From NCBI GenBank assembly GCA_020184695.1, contig JAANOX010000161.1:1-64000 (forward strand): 64,000 bases of DNA. The letters run 5' to 3'. Source of the stretch: Histomonas meleagridis 2922-C6/04-290x. Its lineage: Eukaryota > Protista > Parabasalia. How positions within the stretch are numbered: position 1 is the first letter of the stretch; each line of letters begins with the position of its first letter. A program made the translations under genes and the position numbers. Positions 31,895 to 42,060 of this stretch are shown piece after piece. The notes under the pieces were generated by a model. The model was not told where the DNA came from and ran no database searches. It saw nothing but the letters and a program-made list of their open reading frames with translations.

Positions 31895-34018
31895 TTATTT
31901 CCTCTTCAATATTTTATCTATTTGGGAAATCAAATTCTGACATAAATTATTAGATAGAATGTACAAATTTTTATATGGCACTGGATCATAATTCTGTAGT
32001 ATTACCTTCATTGCAGCCAATGGTACGTCTCTATATTTTGTTAAGAAGTTCGAATCACTTGTTAATGCCACAAGCTGATTACTCAATAACAACTGAAACA
32101 TTTTTTGAATTCCATTCAAGCATCTTTTTGCAGATGGTAATGCTATAAATCCAGACCAACTACCGAAATAAGATACATTTTGTAATGCGTTATCAATCAA
32201 TTGGGGTGTCCAAGAAAAGTGACTTTCGGTTATAACGTTCACAATTCTATCGGCGATCGACTTCACAACTTTTTGAACCAAACCGTCAAACCGCTCTTCT
32301 TTGAGTACCTGTTTCAAGTACAACGACTTCGACTCAAGGAACATTACAAGCTCAATCGCGAAGTTGTGTGGAGGGTCTCCCTTTGCCATCATTTTGAATG
32401 AGTATGTATCAATCATTTGATCAATAAATTCCTTAAACATCGAATTCAAAAGCTCGATCATATCATCTGTAGTCTTTTTGAAATGAGCAATTATCTCATT
32501 TCTTTTAGCTTTAGAAGAAGAGAAGCTTCTTTTAGCTATCATGTTTTCGAAGTAAGGAATACATTTCGGAAACACCATTATACTTGATGTTAACATTGCA
32601 CAATTTTGCATTGAAGAATCTTTCACTGCAATTTGATAAATATGTGTAGCACAAGATTTCACATACGCACAAAACAGTTCCACAACCTTATTATTATTAG
32701 TGTTCCCATAAAAGTTCATTGCGTTATTGATGTACTTTTCCATGGCTTCACAGGCTTTGGGCACCCCGGGGATGAACGGTAATTCGAATGGAAATTCTGT
32801 TGGCGGTTCGACGAACTCATAGCGTTCAATTTCTTTGAATTCAGCGGGAGTTTTAACGGTCATAAAATCTGCGGCGTTATCGTCTATCAATTTGTAAATA
32901 ACCGCTTTTCCTTGTTTCTCCATTTGCTTTCTAAAGCTTTCAGAATGGTTGTTTTGGAAGTCATATAAGCCTTGACAACTAACGGAGCATTGGCTCATTT
33001 TTTCAGCAAACAATTGGATTTCTTGGGATGCCATTATTAGGTTATCATAACCTGTTTGTGAAGGAAATACTAAAGTACCTATTGTTAACTTGATTTGATT
33101 AATCATATCTTTCCACTTGTCATCAAGAGCAGATTGTGGGATCAAAAAGAAGCCATCACTTGTAATTTTATATTCAGTATAGAAAAATCCGGCAATATGT
33201 GAAAACAAAAATCGTATTTGCTCTTTCGGAGTATATTCTTTTGGTGGCTTAATGTTAAAGATGAGGTCAAGTTGCTTAAAACGACGTTGTGTGTATAATT
33301 CGCATAAAGATGACAACTTGCCTAATTGCTTTTCAACCATGTAATACTCATATACGCGGTTGTTGGGGAATTTAGGCATCTCTGTGCCGTATAAAAATGA
33401 TGAGCCAATGTCTTTGCAAACATTTCGAAAATCTGTCATCCAACTAATCATGTCCTTTTCAGCTTCAGCTTCAATGGATGCAATTATCGGCTCAATGTCT
33501 CGTAGATATGATTGAATAACAGAGCTGGATGAAATTCGAGAATCATAATCAGAAAGTTCAAGAAGTCTATAAATAGCTACATAATAACATTTCTCACGGA
33601 TAAGGACATTGATGTTATCTAGTAATTGGAAGAAAATTAAACATTCATGAATTCCTGACAATTTCGTATCAATGATGTTGATGTCTTCACGTGCTTTGAC
33701 AGTGCTCTGAAGTTGTTGCTCATAATTGTCAATGGCATTGTTAATGGATTTGGAGATTTCATTAACTTCATTTTGTAGATTGTTAGCACGAATTCCAAGA
33801 GCTTGGGCACCTTCAATACTACGGGAAAATGTAAGAGAATGTTCACCACACATTGCAGAAATATCAAGATTTTTTTTAGCAATAAATGCTCGAAGATCTT
33901 CTAAAAACTTATCAATGTTTTCATTGGTTAAAACAGAGGAAACAAGTGCATCTGTATCGGTGCTAAGTCGAGATTCCATGGCAGCTGCTTGTTCTTCTTG
34001 TGTTTGTTGGCTTTTCAT
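31895..34018 (-). CDS. SEC15: Exocyst subunit Sec15/EXOC6-like
   Basis: About 707 aa; ISAMCGEHSLTF, YYMVEKQLGK...YTQRRFKQLDL, FSHIAGFF resemble Sec15. Confidence 0.7.
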   Translation of the reverse strand: MKSQQTQEEQAAAMESRLSTDTDALVSSVLTNENIDKFLEDLRAFIAKKNLDISAMCGEHSLTFSRSIEGAQALGIRANNLQNEVNEISKSINNAIDNYEQQLQSTVKAREDINIIDTKLSGIHECLIFFQLLDNINVLIREKCYYVAIYRLLELSDYDSRISSSSVIQSYLRDIEPIIASIEAEAEKDMISWMTDFRNVCKDIGSSFLYGTEMPKFPNNRVYEYYMVEKQLGKLSSLCELYTQRRFKQLDLIFNIKPPKEYTPKEQIRFLFSHIAGFFYTEYKITSDGFFLIPQSALDDKWKDMINQIKLTIGTLVFPSQTGYDNLIMASQEIQLFAEKMSQCSVSCQGLYDFQNNHSESFRKQMEKQGKAVIYKLIDDNAADFMTVKTPAEFKEIERYEFVEPPTEFPFELPFIPGVPKACEAMEKYINNAMNFYGNTNNNKVVELFCAYVKSCATHIYQIAVKDSSMQNCAMLTSSIMVFPKCIPYFENMIAKRSFSSSKAKRNEIIAHFKKTTDDMIELLNSMFKEFIDQMIDTYSFKMMAKGDPPHNFAIELVMFLESKSLYLKQVLKEERFDGLVQKVVKSIADRIVNVITESHFSWTPQLIDNALQNVSYFGSWSGFIALPSAKRCLNGIQKMFQLLLSNQLVALTSDSNFLTKYRDVPLAAMKVILQNYDPVPYKNLYILSNNLCQNLISQIDKILKRK

Positions 34019-34333
34019 AATTTTCGGAATAAAAAGTGGCAATTTATTTGATTTTGGTAAAAACCTTTAAAGAAAACATGTATTCGTATCATATTCGTGA
34101 ATGATACCAAAAATCTAGAACTTTTAAAGATGATATTACTCGAGTAACTGTTATCACAGATATTTTTCATAAATTTTTAACTATTTGCTATTTTAAGTGT
34201 AACTGGAGGTCCTAAGCACAATATAACTTTTACCTGAATTCTTTAATGGTCCATTAAATTTAGATATAAGTTGTATTGCAGTAAGCATTTCTCACTTCCA
34301 AAAAATATGGTTTACCAAAATAATTGATAAAAA

Positions 34334-34407
34334 AGCCACCGGCGGGACTCGAACCCGCAACCCCAAGATTAAGAGTCTTATGCTCTAGCCGATTGAGCTA
34401 CGAAGGC
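34334..34407 (-). tRNA. tRNA-Lys(CUU), with a U4-U69 acceptor-stem mismatch
   Basis: GCCTTCGTAGCTCAATCGGCTAGAGCATAAGACTCTTAATCTTGGGGTTGCGGGTTCGAGTCCCGCCGGTGGCT; cloverleaf, anticodon CTT, T-run terminator. Confidence 0.92.
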
Positions 34408-34923
34408 ACCTGTTTTATTTTCAAGTAATTTATTAAAATACAAAAAAATTAAAATTGGAATCAAATGCTAATTCGCAAATTAGCTAAATCTACCTAAATG
34501 TATACATTTGCAAGAAAATTTGCAAAATTCTATTTTTATGTGAAATATTGCTTCAATGATTAGAAATGTGACAAAAGAAGCTTTAAATTTAAAAAACATC
34601 TTTTATAATCTGTACGAGCCGAGGTTAGCAATTTCCATTTAATTAGATTAAAATATAAAATGAATTCGAAAATTCACTTAATTTTTAATTAAGAATGCAT
34701 TTTTAGAATTTTTTCTTATTATTTGAAACTAAACCTTTAAATGAAACAAAAAATTTTGAATTAGAAATTACTAAATTACTTCTTAAACGAAAAGAAAGTA
34801 AGTTTAATATGAAAAATCTTTATTTATTTCATTAGGAATTTCCAAAATACATTTAAGAAAACAAATTTGAAAATGGGTTTGAAGGGAAATATAATGAATC
34901 TGATTCAATTATTTCATTATCAA

Positions 34924-36130
34924 ATGGAGAATGAAATGAAGATAAAAGAAGTTTTTTACTAATTCAAATATTAAAAAAGCTTGAAGAACAAGAACAAGAA
35001 AATGAAGAAATACGAAATGAAATTAAAGAATTCGTAAAAAGTAAAACTGACTTAAAGAAAGAAAATGAAGAAATTCGAAATGAAATTAAAGAATTAAGAA
35101 ATGTAATAAACAATGATAGAAGAAAAAAAGAACTAAAAAAGCAATTATATCTAAAGCAAAATGGTGTTGACATTGCACATATTAACAAAATAGATACAAA
35201 TAGTATTGACTTTTATTTTTTGTTGATTTTCTGCTTAAAATATTTATTGAAAACATTTATGACAGCACTTATTAATGCATCTTGGAAAGGTCAAACAAAA
35301 ATGGTAAAAATACTTCTTGAACAAGAAGGAATTGATAATAATGCTAAAGATAAAATTTATTTTAATAATTCCATATTTAAAAGTAATATTTGGAAATTAT
35401 TTAAGTTATTTAATAAAGCACTTATTCATGCATCTGTAAAAGGTCATACAGAAATAGTTAAATTACTTCTTGAACAAGAAGGAATTGATATTAATGCTAA
35501 AGATATTTATTTGTAGAATTTGAAATTTATTTTAATAATTTCTAATTTCAAAATAATATTTGGAAATTATTTAAATTATTTGAAACAGCACTTATGAGAG
35601 CATCTTGGAATGGTCATACAGAAATAGTTAAATTACTTCTTGAACAAGAAGGAATTGATATTAATAATAAAGATAAAATTTATTTTAATAATTTGATATT
35701 TCAAAATAATATTTGGAAATTATTTAAATTATTTCAAACAGCACTTATGATTGCATCTTGGAATGGTCATACAGAAATAGTTAAATTACTTCTTGAAAAA
35801 GAAGGAATTGATATTAATACTAAAGATGTTTATTTGTATTATTTAATATTTATTTTAATAATTTGATATTTCAAAACAATATTTGGAAATTATTTATATT
35901 ATTTCGAACAGCACTTATGAAAGCATCTTATAAAGGTCATACAGAAATAGTTAAATTACTTCTTGAACAAGAAGGAATTGATATTTATGCTAAAGATATT
36001 TATTTGTTTTATATTATATTTGTTTTAATAATTTGATATTTCAAAATAATATTTGGAAATTATTTAAATTTTTTAAAACAGCACTTATGAAAGCATATTT
36101 AAATGGTCATTCAGAAATAGTTAAATTATA
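34924..36130 (+). other. Coiled-coil head plus interrupted ankyrin array (locus D)
   Basis: ATG at 34924 with a 1-nt shift in a T-run near 34955, then an E/K-rich coiled coil. Units at 35262, 35415, 35585, 35738, 35908, 36078; spacers 63, 80, 63, 80, 80 nt. Confidence 0.85.
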
Positions 36131-36359
36131 TAATCTTTATCATTGAAATATTTTTTTTTTAATTAATATCAATAAATAAAAAAATTATAATTCAGTTTAA
36201 TGGGTCAATAAAAATATTCGACTTTTGATAAGGAATCAAAATCATTTCAAAAAGTGAAGATTGGCAAAATATTTTTTTCGGGGGGTCTGATACAAGGAGC
36301 ACTCTATTTGAATGATAAAATATTTAAAATTTTGATTTAGTTTATTATAAAAATTATAC

Positions 36360-37130
36360 CGATTATTGCATTCCAGTATTTTTCTTAAATCCATTTTTTA
36401 TAGAGAATCCTTTTATAAAATTAAATGTAATTTTTTTGAGTATTGGATTTAGTAAGTATTAGTATTACTAATCCAATAAATATACGAAATATTCTAGATG
36501 ATTTGCTGTTCGTGTACATAACTTAGAGAGTATTATATGCCTTCTATTCATCAGACCAAATTTCTGAATTAGGTTTCACTGTTGCACAAATAATTGGAAT
36601 GAGAACTTATTTCAATATATTATCGTAAATCTCTGCAGCAACTCACATTCTTTTACTGTCCATTTGATCCAAAACCCGAATTTCTTCTCTTTCCAATGCA
36701 CTTCCTTCGTTGTATTCAGAACCGAAAGAATGACTTTCATCAATTTCGACTATTCCATCATCAATTAAATTTTGAGCTATATCTTTTAGATATTCTTTTT
36801 CTGCAATAGATAGAAAAGTTTGAAACCATGTAATTACTGATCGTTTACATACACATGTTTTTTAATATTGTCGTTCTTATATCAAAACCTTCTTCCCAAC
36901 ACGCTAAAATGTGAACAAATCTTCTTAATTATAGTTTTGATTGTGATACCCATGGATCCAATCCAATTGATTTTGAATTTCTCCATGGAGAAGTAATTAT
37001 TTGAGCAGCATCTATATATAGAACCATCAGGATTGACACACCGAACATATTTGATTTGGTGAATATCAGGAATGATTCCCTATACAGGGGCCCATTTGAT
37101 TAAGCTTTTGTCATTGTATTATAACACTTG
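36360..37130 (-). mobile_element. Degenerate Merlin / IS1595 (ISXO2-like DDE) transposase relic
   Basis: Minus-strand translation gives WVSQSKL...SVITWFQTF...GIVEIDES (36750-36733).SFGSEYNEG...LIPIICATVKPNSEIWSDE*KAYNTL...(shift) TANHLEYFV, with several stops and frameshifts. Confidence 0.8.
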
Positions 37131-37424
37131 CTTAATGGTTTCGAATTGCGATGGCAAATTCTTTGCTTTACTCCAACCCAAAGTTAGAACTAGATTTTAT
37201 TATTCTCGATATATGTTTGTTTGAAAATTAATAAGTAATTCGAAAAATTATAACCAAAAAACATGTTGGATACGGCGCACAGAATAAATCTTAAACTCCA
37301 ATTATTGTGATAAAATTGATTTTTATAGCTATTTCAATACATTGTAAATATAAATATCACAAATATTTTTGAGAGCGATATCGTATAATTTTGAGAACTG
37401 AATTTTCTGGTTAACAATCACTTC

Positions 37425-38936
37425 ATGCAAGATGAAACAGGGAAGCCAATAGAACCTAAAGATATCGCTTCCATGCTTACCGACACCACCATACAACAAA
37501 AGTATCATATCCAGGTTCCAAGTTATACAAAATTATTATGTGAATCTTTAAGGCCAATTTGTAAAATATTTGTAAAAACAGATAATACAGAAATTATCAG
37601 AGCTGTTAATTATTTTTTCGGGTCAGCAAATACAGCTCTTCTTGATTCACTTGCGAATTCCCCAAAAGATATGAAAATTATTTTCAAAATTTTTCATAAG
37701 CATAAACAGCCAAATATATATAAAATAGGAACAGCTTCAAATATTTTATCAATTTCTATAACTAAAAATCCAATCAAAGTCATTAATACAATGTGTAATT
37801 CACATTTTTTTTTTGTCGATCTTCTTAAATATTTCCAAATTCCATCAATTTGCAATCTCATTACAGAAATTATCAATTCAATAAAAGATCATTCACCGAT
37901 TTTTATTTGGGGATATTTCTTAGCATTAACATCTACAAGCGAAAAACATTATTATCCTCCATCGGAATACAATACTAACTCTTTACTTCTTGAAGAATGT
38001 TCTAAAGCAAATCCAAACAAGTCACAAAGAATTCTATTATATCGTATCTTCAAAGTATATTTTACTTTATTTCCAATTAAACACGAACTCAAAAACGACT
38101 TCATTGACTTCGTTTCTTCAAATATAAAAAATGTTTCAGATATTGAAGAAATTGGGGAAATCATGAATACATCAATTTCTCTTCCTCCAAACAAACAACT
38201 GGTTAATGCCGCATTAGAAAATGTACGTAATTCGTGTATTAATAACCAAGCAGTAGAGAAATCAATATTATATTTAACACACTGCACGAAAATCTTGGAA
38301 ATCGGCGAAATCATCAATGTATTTTATGTTTTGTTTCGTTATTATGATCCGAATAATCATGATCCTCAAAAGACGCCACCAACAAATTTTATATTAATTA
38401 CAGCGGGAAGTCTTTTTGAAGAAACCATTATAAGCCACGCATACGTGTCGTTTTTTATTGTTGCGATGCAGCATTTGATCGCTTATTTCTGGAATATCAA
38501 AGAAGCAAAAGAAAACCTTTTGATTCGATCGTTCCTTTTGGAGTGCTCCGTATCTTTGAATACGATTTCATCGTTCCCGGGGTGGTTCAAATTTTCAAAG
38601 GAAGTTTTGTTTCACTTCACTAAGGGATTTCAGTATCCAATCGAATTTGTTTTTAATGTCAATGGCTGGGACGAAAAATTGATCACGGAAATAATATCTG
38701 GAAAAATAGACTTAGATCCAAAAACTGCTCAATTCTTTCTGAAATCAGGAATGTCAAATGAAAGCTTTGACATTCCAGAAAAGAGATTAAGAATAAATCA
38801 TAACTCACACGCTGGAGTCAAGAGTACAGATCAAATTCCTATGGTTAATATTAGGCAAAGGAAAGAAAGTTACCCTTTTAAAAAGGAAGAAAAAAAACAA
38901 AAGAAAGAAGAAAAACAATCATGCATGATAAGCTGA
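37425..38936 (+). CDS. Hypothetical helical protein with polybasic CaaX-like C-terminus
   Basis: 503-aa ORF ending KKEEKKQKKEEKQSCMIS; Inr-like TCACTT upstream. Confidence 0.65.
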   Translation: MQDETGKPIEPKDIASMLTDTTIQQKYHIQVPSYTKLLCESLRPICKIFVKTDNTEIIRAVNYFFGSANTALLDSLANSPKDMKIIFKIFHKHKQPNIYKIGTASNILSISITKNPIKVINTMCNSHFFFVDLLKYFQIPSICNLITEIINSIKDHSPIFIWGYFLALTSTSEKHYYPPSEYNTNSLLLEECSKANPNKSQRILLYRIFKVYFTLFPIKHELKNDFIDFVSSNIKNVSDIEEIGEIMNTSISLPPNKQLVNAALENVRNSCINNQAVEKSILYLTHCTKILEIGEIINVFYVLFRYYDPNNHDPQKTPPTNFILITAGSLFEETIISHAYVSFFIVAMQHLIAYFWNIKEAKENLLIRSFLLECSVSLNTISSFPGWFKFSKEVLFHFTKGFQYPIEFVFNVNGWDEKLITEIISGKIDLDPKTAQFFLKSGMSNESFDIPEKRLRINHNSHAGVKSTDQIPMVNIRQRKESYPFKKEEKKQKKEEKQSCMIS

Positions 38937-39120
38937 ATTTCCAACTTATTTATTATAGATTTAAAATGTTTGTTTATTGATTTAAATTTTTATACAAATT
39001 TTTGTTAAGAAAAATGAGAATAGGGAAAACCGTTGGCGGCCGTTAACAGCGAACGTTTAAAATAGAGTACGTTAAATTAACGGTCGTGGAAAATGGTGAT
39101 TGAAAAAATGGTGTAAATGT

Positions 39121-39867
39121 TTATTGGTTTTCTTCATTTGATTTGGTCCATAGTGAAATATTTTCACGAAGAAACTGAAGAATCGAAACTGCTTCGTTGA
39201 TCTGAGCTTCACTATTTTGTTCAATTAAGATCGACGTTTCCTGTTCTGTTTTTGTTGCTAAATCAATAGCTTCTTGCCGCTTCTGAGCAACATCGTATAA
39301 GAATACAGAGTAATTTAAAACAACTCCAAGAAAAGATGGACTGTATTTCGGAAGTTCAGCCTGGGCGAGTTGGAAAGCTTTTTCATAGTTTTCTTGTGCC
39401 TTCTGTGATGATTCTTCTTTCTCCTCGCCTTCCTTAGCTTCAGATATGTAACGGTAATAATCTGCTTTTAATTTGTAATAAAAAACTTTGGCTTCAACAT
39501 CTTTGGCTGATGGGAGAAGCTTATTGTCAACAATACTGATGAGCTCTTGACAATATTGTTCTAATTCTTGAATTATGTTCTGTTTAAAAATATTGAGCTG
39601 ATTAACTCTCGCTTCCGAGCTTTGAGTTTCCTGAAAACCAATAATCTCTGTAAGGTTTTGTAAGCTGTTTCGAGAAATATTAATTGCTCGTTTATAAGAA
39701 ACTGATAACAAGTTTCTTTCATCTGCAGTTAGCTCTGGATTAAGTTCTACAACATGTTTCATTAATTCAATCATATCTTTGTAACAACTTGTTTGATCTA
39801 AAATTTGAACCATATGAAGATCAGCATCTCTTTCTGATATCATTTGTTTTCTTGATTGAATTATCAA
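39121..39867 (-). CDS. Divergent 14-3-3 protein
   Basis: ERNLLSVSYK, LKADYYRY, LNYSVFLY, LRENISLWT; phosphopeptide-binding K/R/R/Y positions retained. Confidence 0.92.
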   Translation of the reverse strand: MIIQSRKQMISERDADLHMVQILDQTSCYKDMIELMKHVVELNPELTADERNLLSVSYKRAINISRNSLQNLTEIIGFQETQSSEARVNQLNIFKQNIIQELEQYCQELISIVDNKLLPSAKDVEAKVFYYKLKADYYRYISEAKEGEEKEESSQKAQENYEKAFQLAQAELPKYSPSFLGVVLNYSVFLYDVAQKRQEAIDLATKTEQETSILIEQNSEAQINEAVSILQFLRENISLWTKSNEENQ

Positions 39868-39924
39868 GCAAACATAGTCAATACCAGGCGGTTTTTTGCC
39901 GTTTAAGATTTTTCAAATGCTTCA

Positions 39925-41649
39925 ATGAAAATTATGCAAAAAAATGATAGCCAATTGGTAAGGGCAACTGAAACAATTGCAAGCCCTTCCCATGTACTTA
40001 GAGAACTTATTGAAAATAGTCTTGACGCTCAAAGCAAAATTATTAATATACAGATTTCTGGAACAGGTTTAGAATTTATAACAGTATCAGATAATGGTCT
40101 TGGAATAGATAGGGAAAGTATGGATATTTTATGTTTGGAAGGTGCAACATCAAAAGAGTTTGGAAAAGATTATAATAGTGGAGGTCGTGGAAAAGCACTT
40201 GATGCTATTTCATCTTTATCTTATGTAACAATTGAAAGCAGTTCAAATGATGATGGATATGGATATCGTTTATCGTTTTCTGAAAGTGGTGAAAGAATTA
40301 TTCAACCAATCTCACGCACAAGAGGCACAACAATTATTGTCCAATCTTTATTTTATAACTATCCTGTTAGAAGGAGATTTTGGCTTGAACACAAACAAAA
40401 ACTATCTCAAGAAATACAAGAAGTTTCAATTCTTTTTGCAGTTTCATCAGATATCAGAATTTCATTAACATTAGACTCAAAGCCAATCTTGCAATTATCC
40501 AATAGAACGCGCTTTCAAAAAATTAAAGATGTATTAGGTCAATCGATATCAAACGGATTAATTGAAGGAAGTTCACCCTTACACTTATGGAATGATGATT
40601 CTTCAATTGATTATTATACTTCAACTCCTACAACACCGTCAAATGGAAAAGTCAATATTTTTGTAAATGGACGTCCATGTGTAAATTTGCCCATTATCAA
40701 AGCATTGAAACAAGAATTTCGTCTTTGTGCAGGTCCTAAGAATCCCTCTATTTTTCTTTTCATTAATGCAGATCGATCATTATATGACTTTACACCAGAT
40801 TCGCCGTTAATAGGCGTCACTTTTTCAAATGAAATGATTCTCCAAAAGTGCCTTTGTGAAATTTTTCGTAATGTATGGAAATCAACATCTGAAACTTTAA
40901 CGTTCAAAGACCTAAAAAGCAAACCCATTGAAACCATACCAAAACCGCCAACTCCTCTGAAATCCACTTCACAAAACATATCAGGAGCTACAACCACAAC
41001 AAACATTACTACTGAACAAATTTGTTCACAATTTCTACAAATGCGTGATTATTCCCCAGCTGGATATCCTCCTACACCTGAAATTAATACCACTGCATTT
41101 CGAGATATGGAAATTATTGGGCAATGGAATAAATCATTTATCATAACCAAAATCGGAAATGATATTTTTGCCATTGATCAACATGCAGCTAATGAAGCAG
41201 CTAATTTTGAGAAACTTCGCAAACAAAAGACAAATGATCGACAAGTTTTACTTGAGCCTATTTTTGTTCCACTTACACCAGATGACTTAGAGAATGCGTT
41301 CACGCATCAAAAACAATGTAATCAATTTGGATTTGATTATAATATTTTGGATAATGGAATCGAAGTGAAATCGGTTCCAATGGATAAAAATGTCGTAAAT
41401 GGAATTGAGGACTTACAAGAACTAATTGGACTTATAAATGACGTTCCTTATTCAACGCCAATGACATTTAATGCAAGGTCACAACTCGCTTACCACGCAT
41501 GCCACTCATCAGTAAGAGTTGGCGACGCTTTGTCTCATAGGCAAATGAGAAAGTTGTTGGAAAAAATGGCAAGCAGCGATTACCCATGGAATTGTCCGCA
41601 TGGAAGACCAACTTGGTGTTTGATATATAGCTTGAGCGAAAGAGAATAA
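39925..41649 (+). CDS. MutL-family mismatch repair endonuclease (Pms1/PMS2-like)
   Basis: RELIENSLDA, VSDNGLG, ATSK, RGTT; DQHAANEAANFE, ACH, CPHGRP. Confidence 0.9.
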   Translation: MKIMQKNDSQLVRATETIASPSHVLRELIENSLDAQSKIINIQISGTGLEFITVSDNGLGIDRESMDILCLEGATSKEFGKDYNSGGRGKALDAISSLSYVTIESSSNDDGYGYRLSFSESGERIIQPISRTRGTTIIVQSLFYNYPVRRRFWLEHKQKLSQEIQEVSILFAVSSDIRISLTLDSKPILQLSNRTRFQKIKDVLGQSISNGLIEGSSPLHLWNDDSSIDYYTSTPTTPSNGKVNIFVNGRPCVNLPIIKALKQEFRLCAGPKNPSIFLFINADRSLYDFTPDSPLIGVTFSNEMILQKCLCEIFRNVWKSTSETLTFKDLKSKPIETIPKPPTPLKSTSQNISGATTTTNITTEQICSQFLQMRDYSPAGYPPTPEINTTAFRDMEIIGQWNKSFIITKIGNDIFAIDQHAANEAANFEKLRKQKTNDRQVLLEPIFVPLTPDDLENAFTHQKQCNQFGFDYNILDNGIEVKSVPMDKNVVNGIEDLQELIGLINDVPYSTPMTFNARSQLAYHACHSSVRVGDALSHRQMRKLLEKMASSDYPWNCPHGRPTWCLIYSLSERE

Positions 41650-42060
41650 GAATTAAAAATTGTTATAAACTATTTTTAAATAGATTTGAATCATATTTTG
41701 CATATTGGAATTTCAAAAAAATTTATTTTGAGGTTTAGTACTAAATTATTTTTTTCTTGGTAATGAAAATGATATCATTTGTTCTCTTTAAAGCTTATCC
41801 ATTGTTCACATTGTTATTGAAGGTTTTAAACTATAATGATTCAAATGCTCCATTTTATGTTGTTGTTGTTGAATGTCCTATATCTTTGCCAACTCTCTAC
41901 GAGGCTAGATAAAACAAAAAACCTAATTTCGAAATATTTCAGTACATGGTAGATGATCGGTGTCACCCAAATATGGCAACAAACTTAGTTTAAACTGAAC
42001 AATAAGATCTTGGAAATTTGCTTTACATGAATTCAATTAGAAAGTAGCACTTTTGTACTT

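Noticed and set aside
35387-35414. NIWKLFKLF as a conserved translated helix in every repeat
   Set aside because: In-frame stops lie within this stretch in several spacers (first two of locus A, 60048), and TGG mutates to TGA in three.
35505-35584. Conserved RNA hairpins in the spacer (TTTGAAAT/ATTTCAAA; AAATAAT-loop-ATTATTT around TTGG)
   Set aside because: They are present in the consensus, but divergent copies show mismatches rather than compensatory changes, and such pairings are expected by chance in AT-rich sequence. Kept only as a weak possibility.
35262-36130. CRISPR-like array (regular ~170-nt period)
   Set aside because: The conserved part encodes ankyrin repeats, the spacers are homologous rather than unique, and there are no cas genes in a eukaryotic context.
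36280-37300. Terminal inverted repeats or TSD for the Merlin relic
   Set aside because: No convincing inverted pair found by eye around the transposase remnant.
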